A stretch of 64,000 nucleotides of DNA from the human T2T-CHM13v2.0 reference genome, Homo sapiens. The position numbers were made by a program, and so were the translations under genes. The stretch lies in NCBI RefSeq assembly GCF_009914755.1, contig NC_060947.1. One strand, written 5' to 3'. The notes below the pieces were generated by a model, which worked only from the letters and a program-made list of their open reading frames with translations, did not search any database and was not told where the DNA came from. This document shows, piece by piece, positions 44,609 through 59,097 of this stretch (positions are counted from its first letter, which is position 1; each line of letters starts with the position of its first letter).

Positions 44609-45389
44609 TAAATCAGTACTTTTTAAAGAAAGAAACAGATTCAGCACCTATGCAGACAGTGATTTACATGAAAACAATCTACAAATGCTACATTTGTTCC
44701 TTTCTGGGCATTTTTTACATATTGGCTAATAAGTATAACTATTTTTATCCAACCCTCTTTACCATCAGGGAAAATGTCTCCCCTCACCTCTTTGAAACCA
44801 TACACAAATTACATTTTTAAAATATACAAAGGATTGCAGGTCCTGGAGGATGTAGCTTTTTTGGGGTGTAGCTCCACTAGTTGCATGCTGAGTAAATCCA
44901 ATGTTGGCTGATACCTGAACTATTGGGGCTCCCTTGCCTTCTTCCTAGACCTGCCATGTAGTACTGTCGTTAATGATGTCCTCTCACTCCAGCTACTGCC
45001 CACTTACCCTACAGCTATTTCAAGCTTGCCTGAACAGTGCATATTTTCACATTTCATTGAATTCTCAACAATGAGGGAGCATGATGTGCTTACCTACTAG
45101 GTCCAAGAATTGAAATCTTTTTACTGAAGTCATCAGGAGCTAGAAACTAAATTCAAGTAACAGAAAATCTTCTGAATCTGTTTCTTTATTTAAAATGATG
45201 TTTAAACTTTGTATACCCTCTCAATTTTTTGAAGGATAGTAAATGAAGTCTTAGCTGAGAGTGTAAAAGCTAACTTATATTTTTACTTATTCTACCTACT
45301 AGCTTGAACAGGTCATTTCTATAAGAACCGAGTTGTCTGATCAGAAAAAACAAAAGTGTTGAATGGAACCACGTGTTTCTGAAGGGAGG

Positions 45390-45830
45390 TGTCTTAGACT
45401 GGGTTTCCTAGAAGCAGAGGTTGAAATGGGGTTTCTCGGACATGAGGTAATATTGGGGCGGAGAGAAAAGCTCTCAGTAGAAGAGGGAAGAGAGGAAGCA
45501 GGAGAAGGCAGAGATAAGACCTGTGTGGGGATGGGCTCTCAGCCAGAGCCCTGCATAAGCCTGATCCCATGCGATGCTTTTGGGCATGAATTGCATTACA
45601 GAGCTGATTCCAGCAGGGGGCTGACCTCCTATATCCCCTGAGCAGAGAGCCAATCGCCATGGTCTGCGCACATCAAGGGAGGAGGATGCATGACCTTGCA
45701 AGCAAGATGGTGCCCATCGGCCAAAGGTTATTCCCTTAAAAGGAAGCAGCTGTAAGCTATTAGCAGCTGATACAGGAGCCGGGGGATGGTGGGGTAAGAG
45801 GCAAGAGGTCAACAACTGCATCGACTGGAG
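45390..45830 (-). mobile_element. Old ERVL-type LTR (LTR16-like)
   Basis: tgtcttagactgggtttcctagaagcaga terminus and gctgtaagctattagcagc; family call is tentative. Confidence 0.45.
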
Positions 45831-46622
45831 AAGGAATTGGTGTATATCACCTCTTTTAAAATATTTCAGAAAACTCCCCAAAATGACACATTTTCCTAAG
45901 ATGATGGTGCAAAGAGAACTAAAATGTCATAACTATTCATTTTATCAATCAGCTCTGGTCATGGGGGCAACCTAATGCTAATCTAAAGCTTGAAAGAGTT
46001 ATGGCTATCTTTGATTAATGTAAAGAGGAAAAACTAGGTCATACTTAATAAACGCCATATGTTGATAGACAACCTGCTTTCAAAATATGGAGGCCAGGGT
46101 AAGTTAAATGGAAAAGTTGAAAGGTAGCTGACTTCAGAACCCTAAGGCTCTGTGAGCTTAGATGATGCCCAGAAATTATGTTATTCTATACTTTACACAA
46201 GGCACTGCAAAGAGACATTTTCAGTTATTTCTATTCCTATTTCATAAATAAAAATGCCTTTTGATAATATGGATATGCTTCATTAATTGCTGTCCCAAAC
46301 CTCTCTTCCCCCCAAAATGGTATGAGAGTCAGGTTTCTGGACAGCAATACCAAGTAATCCATTGGAACTTCTCCATTTCTGACTTAATACAAGCAGTACC
46401 CCCTAACACTTTCATAAGTCTCTCTACCTTAACCCCAACATTTTATACTCATTCACTGAAACATACCTGGTAGGTGAGAACATGAAAGGTGGTGAATTTA
46501 TTTTGAATAAATATGATAACCTCCAAATTTATGATTACATTTTTAAAAGTGGGAACACTTGCACCAACAATATTACCTTTTTAATTTAGGTGTCCAAATA
46601 CACACATGTGGATAAATAATAT

Positions 46623-46878
46623 TATATACAGATATATATATATATACAGATATATATATACAGATATATATATACAGATATACATATATACAGATATATA
46701 TATACAGATATATATATACAGATATATATATATACAGATATATATATACAGATATATATACAGATATATATATATACAGATATATATATACAGATATATA
46801 TATATACAGATATATATATACAGATATATATATATACAGATATATATATACAGATATATATATATACAGATATATATA
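46623..46878. repeat. AT-rich VNTR of CAGA(TA)4-6 units
   Basis: About 255 bp of 12- to 16-bp units. Confidence 0.96.
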
Positions 46879-48764
46879 TTTGATATACTGCATAAAGAAA
46901 TAAACAAGTTAGTAAGTGTATTTTCTATTGTTTTTTAAATGTTCTATTACAGTCACAATAAGGTAGAGTTTTAAATCATGTTCAAAGAGAAATACCATAT
47001 TAAAAACACAAAAAATTGCAATGAATAGTATAAGGTTTCTTTTGGGTCAAATTCAGAACGTGTTAGAAACGCAGCCAGAGAGCCAATAACTCAGACCAGG
47101 AAACACCAAGACCAAACTGCATCGAGTCGTGGTTCTCCCAGCGGCTCTCTAAATGCCTGGCCATCCTGCAATATAACTGAAAACTCAGCACAGAGCAAAG
47201 GGACACATCGTAGGCTGGGTATGAGCACCACAAAATCCATTCCTCTGAAATCTGTGAGCCTGGGGCTGATTTGTAGCTGCTGGGGTTTTGATGCGCTAAT
47301 TGTTTGTTTACTTTGCCTTGGAGGAGAGGCTGGCCCTCTAAGTGGAATGATCTCATCACCAGCTTCATTCTCCTTTTTGCCAAAACAAACAGCTTCCAAT
47401 TACTGCTAGGAAGAGCCTCTGATCTCTAATCAGCTACCAAAGGGAGCCTATCGGTGGTACTTTATAGGGCGAATAACGTCCCATTAAGGAAGAATCTCTT
47501 AACATCAGTACAATTCTGGAACCCTAGGGCCAAGCTGCCAGCAACCTGCTATTAGTCTTCCAGCAGGATCCCATCCACTTTCTCCCTGGGCATTCTGAAA
47601 TCTGGCAAAGACACAGACACACATACACACACATCCCGCCTCACTTGCCCACGGACTACTACTTTTCCTCAAACCCTACTGTTTTGAGCCTCCATTGAGA
47701 AAACACAGGCAGACAAAGAGCAGGTCCCAGGCCTGCCAATGCTGAGATTGCCAATGGCAGGTCCCAAGCCTGCCCATGCTTAGGGAACTGATTATGTTTA
47801 GAGCTTAAGACTCAGCTACACCTGTGCCATCATGGGCAGACCCAGAGGAGGTCAGAGGAGCAGGAGTGTCCAAGATGAAGCATAGGGCATGAAGTCACTC
47901 TCAAATGCATCAAGAGTCACCTATAAAGAGACAGGGCTTATCTCAGGCACCACCTCCCTCCTTTCCTTCTTCTTTAATCTTCTAGAGAAGTTGAGAACAT
48001 AAGAGGAGAGATGTTTCTCCCTAAGTGAGCATATGTCAGCATCGTACCCTTTAACATTACAGGTGACCCTATGAGGAACCGCCACTCCAAAGTAGGTTTA
48101 AACTTTCCCAGATGGCTGAATCTTTGACATACAAACAAAGCAAATTAGGTCAGTTTCACAGACGTATGAACAGTGCAGTCCACTATATGCTCACAAGAGG
48201 ACCTAGGCTTGGGGTATGCTCTGCAATGGCCATGCTGAAATTCTTTGAGTTTGAGTTTTGTATGTAAGAGTCAATAGCACACTGCAGTACTCACTGGAGA
48301 GTGGACATGTCAGCTCAGAACCAATCCTGACTCCCACCGCACCCTCACCTCTCCAGGACAGGTTCTCACCGCCCATTCCCCCATCACCTGGCACCTCAGG
48401 CCCCACTGGCCTTCTGCTCCCCACCTCCCATCACATGATCCCTGCCCACTATGGTCCCTGCAGGGACCGGGCATGGGTGTAGGGAAGATCAGGGTTGGCC
48501 ATATGCATGTCATACAGTGTCCCATGGTATGGTTGTGTCTGTCCCCATTCCATGCTAGTAGCATGATGGTGTGTTTGGTGGGTGGCCAGCACGATTCTGA
48601 GACACTGGAATGGCACATCCACTGAGGAGGATGCAATAAACCTGGGAGCTGCCCATCTGCTGGGGGCAGGAGCAGCTGGCCTATGAAGGGGAGGCACCTG
48701 GCTCAATTTCCAGAGGACCTGTGCCAGGCAAGAGTACAATCCCCGGGTGCAGCAGCAGGCAAAA

Positions 48765-49219
48765 GAGGGGACCTGGCCAGCATCATGCCTGAGCACATGT
48801 GTCTGAGCCCAAGGCCCTAGGTGCCTGTGAGACATGAGTGTTCCCTGGGCACACCCCAAAGCCTTGGGGGAGCCTTCTCTTCCTCCTTCCACCATTCCCG
48901 AGTCTGGCCTGTTGGACCCTCTGGCCATTTCAGGGCTCCCTCCAGGAATTAAGTGCTCTGATATTTACATGTAAAGCTGGCATTGCACAATATAAAGAAG
49001 AAGAGTTAGCGTCATGCTAAAATTAAACTTTAAAATTTTCTTCACTGAGAACAACATGGATAGGAAATTTAAAACACCATGACAAGTTAACAGAAGCAAG
49101 TGGCAGAAGAAAGGAAAACGTTTTATATCTTATTTCCTTTAACAAACACTTTTTTTCTTGCTAAGAGGCCCCACGTTTTTATTTTGCACCAGGGCCTGAA
49201 AATTAGGTAGTCAGTCCTG
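48765..49219. mobile_element. MER45-family (hAT-Tip100) fossil
   Basis: Right end ggccccacgtttttattttgcaccagggcctgaaaattaggtagtcagtcctg; left boundary uncertain. Confidence 0.55.
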
Positions 49220-50503
49220 AAGTAAATTATCCAGCTAACCAACAAAATCTTAAAAATAGAAACAAAACCAAAAGCTAGAAGCCATCCTCACTATTAACCC
49301 GGCTAAATCGTCAATGAACTGTGTGATGAGCCAACTTTTCAAGACCTCTGAGTTCTTCCCTAATTTAGTAGCTGCCTCCTAGGAGTGTTGTGGGGATTAA
49401 AAGAGTAGTACTTGTAAAATACCCAGAAGAGTGGCTGCTCCTTAGTAATCTTCCGGGTAGTGCTAGCTGCTGTATTACCATCACCTGCATCACCCCAACA
49501 TGTTTTGCATCCTGATTGCATCTTGCAGGGCAGGTGCTTCTCTCCCCCACTGGGCATATGAAGGGTTAACATTCAGGAAGGTGATGTGATGCACCCAAGC
49601 TACCCATTCGCGACGCTACAGAGCCTGGGTGTAGAGCAGGTCTGCACAGCCCCAAAGCCCACTTCCCTGTTCCATACCTCACAGACCCACAGCTCCTCTT
49701 CACTCTGCTAACCGCACATATGTATTCTACTTGTGAGCCTGAAATAGCTCCATGCCAAATGACCTGGACAAAGCATCCTGGAGCCAGATACTAATATTTC
49801 AGGAGGTGCTAACATGCACTGTTTCTTTTCGTGAATGAAGGGCAGCATTCAGTAGTGAAATGATGGGGTTTCCATCCCATCTTCCTTTCTTCCTTTCCAG
49901 GTCAGAGCAGTGTTGGATTACTCAGGTATCCCTGGTCTGCATTCCCACCCCCATGCCTCAGTACTGAGTCCCTTGTGTTTTTGGGCGTGGTTGACAGCCA
50001 CTTTGTGCAGGTGGGGCAGAAACAGCCTGCAGACCTGGAGGTGTCAGGTGTGCACATCTACCCACTGCTTTTCTGTCTTGTTGCTGAAGGGCTGGGCAGT
50101 GGAGGACAGTGGGGACAACTGGGGCACAGACTATGAGACGACAGCTTCCTCTGCAGGCCGACGACAGCAGGTCACTGCCCCAGGGAATCTGTGTCACTGC
50201 CTACACCATGAGTGCATAGGTTGCGCTCTCCTGAGGCAAGGCCTGACAGCTTTCATAATTGAGAGTCCACATACCTGGCGGGCATCCAGGCTGGAGGCCA
50301 GGCAAGCTTCTCCCATCCTTAAACATGGCCTGAAACCGTGCAAGAGAAGATGGAAACAGGCACCTGCTCCAGAGACAGCTTTATGGGTGGGCTCATTTGC
50401 AGGAGTTGGGGGCGGGGGTGACCCTGTAGGAAAGCAATCTTCTTAAGACTTCCCGTAGCCCAGTCATGAGTTGTCTGCAGACTGATTGCTCCACCTTCCT
50501 TCC

Positions 50504-50805
50504 TTTTTTTTTTTTTTTTTTTTTTTTTTTGAGACAGTCTTGCTCTGTCACCCAGGCTGGAGTGCAGTGGTGTGATCTCGGCTCACTGCAACCGCTGCCT
50601 CCCGGGTTCAAGGATTCTCCTCCCTCAGCCTCCTGAGTAGCTGGGACTACAGCATGCACCACTACACCAGGCTAATTTTTGTATTTTTTGTAGAGACGGG
50701 ATTTCAAGTTGGCCAGGCTGGTCTCAAACTCCTGACCTCAAATGATCTGCCCGCCTTGGCCTCCCAAAGTGCAGGGATTAGAGGCATGAGCCACTGCGCC
50801 CGGCC
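50504..50805 (-). mobile_element. AluS
   Basis: T27 tail; TSD ca(c/t)cttccttc. Confidence 0.92.
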
Positions 50806-52751
50806 CATCTTCCTTCTAATTATTAAAAAAAAAAAAAAAAAAAAAAAAAAGGAAGGCAAGCGGTGGGGAACAGGGAAGCTTGGGGTTTTATAAGGAGAAT
50901 GTGTTGCTGGCTTTTCAGATCTTAAAAACACTTAATCCCTGCAATTTAGATAAATCAGATAGGCATTACCAGGTTAGGGTTAAGGCTCCCAGAATGGCTT
51001 TGCAATTGATTACAAACACAGCACTTATTAAGTCTTAACTGAGTAATTTGCAGCTTATTTCACCCCCAGCTAATTAAAATGTAATCAGGATTGTCTAGCA
51101 ATGTGCATTCTGTCAGCAGTTTTTCTTCCAAAGAGAAATCATGCCAAGGAGACCACAAGAAAAGCCTTTCACGGGAACTGGCTTCATCTAAGCTGGTGCT
51201 TTAGCCACTGAAACTGTAAAACAAATAAATTACAGCACTGACAATTCAAGAAAAAGAAAAAAAAAAGGTACTCTTTCTCCCTGGGAATAGGCTGCTCCGT
51301 TTTGTTTTGTTTTCTGTTGTTTCAAACAATAGTGTGGCATCTTAGGAGAGTGACTTTCAGGGTAGGACTCGGAGGGCTGGAAACCAGGTGCCTGGGGATC
51401 GGCCCTCTCCTGGCTCTGTCCAGGATGTCTGGGTAATTTCACCACAGGAGGTGAGCACTGGGTCTTCCATTCCCTGAAGACGCAGAAGGACTACAGAGCG
51501 TGCCCATTTCTCTGACACCCACGAGACGCTGCTTCTACGACTTAGAACAAACTCAACTGCACACTCGCGAACGCGCCAGCTTCACCAGCCGGTTCAAGAT
51601 CATCCCCGAGGGTAAGGGGAATCACTTCCACATTCCACCCTTATTAATATGGCCTCCTCTGGCAGCTTAATTCCCAGGGCCTCTAGGGGGACCCCCCCCC
51701 CCACCCCTTGACCCAGCTCTGGCAGGAGGGGCGCCCAGTTTAAGAGCCAAGGGTTTGGCTTCCAGTTCCCGCCCAGCCAGGGGAACCCCTCCCCCCAGCC
51801 CCCATTTCTCCTTTTGGTCCCTCCAGAGTTTCCCTGAAGCGAGAAATTGGGAACTTGGAACAGGTGGGCACCTAGGGATAGAGGCGAGAAGAAGAAGGAG
51901 AGAAGGATGAGAGAAGAGAAAAATAAGCGGAGGATTTCAGAGCTCGCACGCTCGACAGGGCTGGTACAGGCAGCAGCTGCACTCGCTCGCGCTGAGTCCG
52001 GAACCTGCTCTCGTGCGCCCACCCGCACCCGGAGCCTCGCGCAAGTCCCGCGGGGGTCCGCGCCACAGGGCAGAGTCCCGGCAACCCGCTGGAGCCAAGC
52101 GCGCGGCTCTCGGAGCCTCCCACACAAGCGCGCGCGCACACACACATACTCCCCACCCTCAGGCTGAAAGAACCTACGTTCGGGGTTTGGGGGACGGTTC
52201 CCCCGGGACTCGTTGAGGAGTATCCGAATACGGCCCCGCCAAATCCCCTGTCCCCGGCACTTCTTCCCTGACGCTCTACGCTAGTCCAGGGCAAGACCTT
52301 GAATCTTTGGGGTTCCGAATTGAGGCGCGCACAGCCACTCGCACCCCCAACACGCGCATACACGCACCCTGGAACACGACTTGGCACAAGTACCCTGGCT
52401 GGGGCTCCAAGGGTGGGCAGCGAGCTCTGAGCCCTCAGAGAGTGAAAACCATCTTTCAAAAGAGACAAAGTGTCGGCCCGCGGGCACCTGCGGGGCTGGG
52501 GCTCGAGGTGAGGTCCCCAGGCGCAGCCGGACGCGCCTCCCAGACTCCCTCCCAGTGCCCCGGAGCGCCTGGGACTTTGCGGGAGTCGCCGCCCGCCCGG
52601 AGTCTCGCGCACTCCAATTCCCGGGAAACCGCCACATCCACACACCCACTCCCAGCATCCACGACTCTCCCTCCCCAGGGAAATCGCCTTTGGTTTCCTG
52701 CTGGGAAGGAGGGAGTTGGGGCAAGATGTCTCGGGCTTCTTTTTCTTTTCA

Positions 52752-53609
<858 letters not shown>

Positions 53610-54874
53610 TCAGCAGGAGGGAAGAGGCCTCAGGACCCCCAGGGGCGTCCCACCTGCCTGGGGATTGACCCCGCGCCCCTAAGTGGCTTGCTTTCTCCCC
53701 GACCTCCCCTGGGTCCAGGCTTTTCCCACGCTTTCACATATTCGAATTTCCTTTGCCCAGGTAGTGGAAAGAAGTGAAGAAAACAAATGGCAGTAAGACA
53801 GACGGGGAGGGGAGCGTGGACATTTGCCCTACAGTGTCCCGGAGACAAATTCCTCCTTCTCTCCCTCTTGCATTTCTTCCGTCCTTCCCGCATCCCTCCC
53901 TCCCTCCCTCCCGCACTGTTTTCCCTGGAGACAGTCTCAGTGCATAGCTAACCACCTTTAGGTCCACACGCCTTGTTTCCTCAGGTGTCTGTTTTTCTAG
54001 TAAGCCTTGCACGCCCCAAAGTGAGTGATTTATTCTAAATAGACTTGCGTCTTAATCTCTTTCTTTCCCCACGATTTGCCCGAGCCTCTTGACTCAGGCT
54101 TTTTAGCTTTGGAATGGCTGCTCCGTCCTCTCCTGTCGTTTTTGTCTAGTGTTCTCTCAGCACACAAATTCTCCCTCCCCAGCCAGGATCCTGCCACAGA
54201 AAGACAGGAGGCATTGATAAGACACAACTTGTAACAAAGCTCTACACTCCCCTGAGCCCCATCAGGAAGTGACAGTCCCCTTGCAGGTAGGAGAGCCCAG
54301 AGAAAAAAGACCCAGGCACACTCCTATTCGAATGGACAACAACTGACTGCTGTTCCTTTGCTCTGACATCTCCACCCTCTCCTACCCAATTGCACTTTCA
54401 CCTTCGAAAACGGGATCTCTATAAGCACCCAGCTAAGCACAGTCAGGGTATCTAGATGCACTCGCTCTACTCAAAGCTACATCAGAAGGCTGGAATCCTC
54501 TTTGCACAAAGCCTATATAGTTGTTTTGCAATTTCCCACCCTTTTCCCTATTCTTATACACAGGTTCCACTCTGCAATTTTGAGATCTGCCTGTTAACAA
54601 ATTGCAATGACAGCCATCTGCAGCTATCCTATTATGAGTGCTTTTCAAATACATCATCTTACATGTGTATTTCTTCACATAGCTTAAATCAGAAAGGCCA
54701 GTCAAATTAATTGGCCTTGGTGTGTTTCTCAGCGAATTAGAAAATCAGGGTCATCTTGTTCAAAAGGTTCTATAGGCAAAGCCAGTTTCATGGACATGCA
54801 AGCTGTACAATGGTACAGTCGCACTCTTAGAAGGCCTGTTCTGCCATCACCATCCTGAAACTCTTCACAATGAC

Positions 54875-55156
54875 AGTGGCCTGTTAGGAACTGGGCCGCG
54901 GCAGGCCAGGGAACATTACTGCCTGAGCTGTGCCTCAGGTGAGAAATCAGTGGCAGCATTAGATTCTGATAGGAGCTTCAGTCCTATAGTGAACTATGCA
55001 TGCGAGATGTCTAGGTAGCGCACTCCTTATGAGAATCTAATGTCGATCTGAGATGGAGCAGTTTCATCCCCAAGCCATCACTTGCTACCCCCAGGTCCAT
55101 GGAAAAATTGTCTTCCATGAAACCAGTCCCTGGTGCCAAAAAGGTTGGGGCCACTC
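54875..55156. mobile_element. MER1B (hAT-Charlie)
   Basis: tggcctgttaggaactgggccgc...gcattagattct.ataggagc...ttatgagaatctaatg...ccctggtgccaaaaaggttgggg. Confidence 0.88.
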
Positions 55157-55399
55157 TTTACTTGGGCTGGAAACCTAGTAATTTTGGCATAAGCTTACAC
55201 GACTTCAATGATTTGTTTTAAAATTGCTCAGAATTGCAAATGGAAATATTTTTTAAGTATGTTAAACATAATATTAACGAAGAGTAAAGAAGCTAACTAT
55301 AATGACCCCAAGCAGGCATGTGTATAAAGCCAAGTGTCAATAAATAATGATGTCTGAATACCGAGATTGTCTTCTAAATGTTGTCACTTTCATTTGTGA

Positions 55400-55752
<353 letters not shown>

Positions 55753-56834
55753 TGTTTGGAATTTTAAAGTTAAGCAAATATGTGGTCTTGGTGAAGGCAA
55801 AGATATTATGTACACCGACATTTTCTTAGGTAACTTTGATTTATAATTTTGCATGTCATATCATGAAATGCATATTCCAGAAAGTGAAATCACAAGGACA
55901 AGCATGCTGAGCTTTTAAAAACAGCCTTTGGATGTTCACAGGGGTTGCCGTTTTTTTTTTTTTTTAAAAAGCAGTGTGTGTGCTACTTATATGGGTTCCA
56001 TAGCATATTCATTTCTATGAATAAATGCGTTTTGTAATAAACCACAAAGGAGAACAGTCAGTTTAACAGAAAACTTGGTTTTAAACATATAGAGCCACCT
56101 TATTATAAATATGTTAAAATAATATTTGCAGTTATATTGCTTTCTTCCTTTAGAATAATCACAGACATCCTCTGTGATTACGCAGGCCTTTCTCATATTA
56201 TTTACTTTAATTGCAGCTTAAAGTAACTTTTAAAAGGAAAGCATTCTAGTAAAGTCAGAATAACAGTCAAATTTCGGTGTTTTTTTGTTTTGTTTTGTTT
56301 TCATTCTGCCCATGTATGCCCAACTTATTATGCAGCTCACCTTGCAAACTGAAACATGGAAGTTCTCTGACTTTTGACATTACCAGGTAAGCCACAATCT
56401 AAGTTCATGAAAGCCAACCACAGGGGAGGAGAACCCTAAGAGTATGCTGAGGAAATGATGGATAAAGGGGTAGGACCCTCGGGTGCAGCTAGTAAGACGG
56501 TACTTAGTATGTCTTTCTCCAAATCTCCTTGACCCCCATGATCCGAATTTGTCTAGAGAAGAATTTAACTTCACATTGACTTTGGTTTGACTTAAATAGA
56601 CAAACACACATTTAACAAAGAGAGTAGAAAAGCACCTTAATTATCTCTTATTTATATCTACATGAACAAAGATAGACCAAAATGTGTGGTTGTCTTGGTC
56701 AGGTTCTGGAGAAATCACACAAAATAAAGCCCTCTTTCACAGTTTCCAAAAATTATTATTTTCCTTGTATTTTAATTATTGGTTTTTCTTTTCTTTCTTT
56801 TTTTTTTTCCTGTTTTTCTGCAGAGAATGAGAAA

Positions 56835-56985
56835 CACCTGAAATCTTTACTAAACATAGACTCCAGGGCCCTAAATTGAGAGATTCTGAGTCAGTATATC
56901 CGGGGTGGAGGGTTGAAATGTCAGCTTTTAAATAATACCCCAAGTGATTCTATACAAATTCAACCAGGGACTACACTTTGAGGGA
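56835..56985. mobile_element. MER5-family fossil
   Basis: agagattctgagtcagta...ccccaagtgattct...gactacactttgag. Confidence 0.6.
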
Positions 56986-56997
56986 TAATTGATTTTA

Positions 56998-57331
<334 letters not shown>

Positions 57332-58686
57332 AGTACATAACCATTAAAAATGGTACAAAAAATTTTATTTAAATAGCATCTATGATTTACTGTTGTTTAA
57401 AGTATCTTTTTTTAGATGTGTGTTTATATGGATTGGACATACTAGTCTATTTCTTAACAATCAAATGGACATATTTTTCCAGTACATTTAGCTAAGACTC
57501 TCTTAGACTCATTGTTTTTTTCAGAAAGCAACTTGCCTTTTTAAAGGGCTTTCAGCTACACTGGATAAGGATAAAGTTTGAAGGTAGCAAATATAATCTT
57601 TATCTGACATGCCTCTCTTGGAAAAGCAAAATGAGAACTCACTCAAAACTTGGAGAACAAATACTTAAATATGACAGCATTTAGGAGTCATGAACAAAAC
57701 GACATCGTCCCTGGTTTTGGTTCTCAGGGGAAAGTAAAGTGAGGGGAAGAAAGTCACAGATGAGGTCTAGTTTCCTTTCTAGTTGCCTCCATTTGATGAT
57801 GCAAGAGTGTGCATCTTCCCTTAGAAACTGCAGTTCACTTCAGGAAAAGCAACAGTGGCAAGATGAAGGAGTGTGCCCTGCAAGCTCACTGGCCATGACC
57901 CATACTTCCACCCTCTCAGGCAATGTTCTCAGGCTTTGCTAGCTCAGTTCCACTAAAGCTCTTCTTTAACCGCTTTCCTTCTCCTCCAGACTTAATTTCT
58001 CTTCTGCACAGCACAGGATACAATTAATAACTGAATGGATAAATGTCAGATTTTCATCTTTCGCAATATGGTTTCAGGCAGGAATGAGGTGTACCTTTAT
58101 GGTACTGTACCCATCTGTTCCCGATGGCCAATTTAATGATTTTACAAATAACAATGATTGCTTTTGGCATAGGGTCTTTGAATATACACTCTAGTTTACA
58201 CAAAAGACCACCGCATCCATTTACAGTCTTCTGCTTTCTTTTATCACCTTGCAAGGCTAGATACCCTATTTGGGGATAACTTTAGCATATAACACATTTT
58301 TCACCTTCAACGAGATTATAAAAATTTAGTTGCAGTCCATACAGTTTAAAGCGATCACTTTTATTAGTCATCTTGATGTTTCCTAAGATTTTACAAAGTT
58401 TCAGAATTGTGTTTCCTATTACTTTTGTGCACTAAAGACTATTTTAATGACATTTAAACTTCCTTTGCAAAATATACGAAAAATTGTCAAATACTATGAT
58501 TTCTAACTACCACCACTTCTCAATAATTTGTCTCTTTGCCCTTTCATATTGTCATGTCATCATCAATCAGTGTTAAATTTGTTTGCTGCCTGTTTACACT
58601 TGTGCTGAGAGTCTGGACTAAGAAATTGCTAAGGTATTTTTCCTGGCTGCAATCGTTACTAAAGTTAAAATAATTAGTAAAAAATA

Positions 58687-59097
<411 letters not shown>

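Noticed and set aside
46573-46938. Y/I-rich ORFs, and a possible CRISPR-like array
   Set aside because: Simple TA-rich VNTR with no unique spacers, in a eukaryotic intron.
49910-50446. 178-aa plus-strand ORF preceded by a pyrimidine tract and AG
   Set aside because: No protein similarity recognised and antisense to ANOS1. An antisense exon cannot be supported without RNA data.
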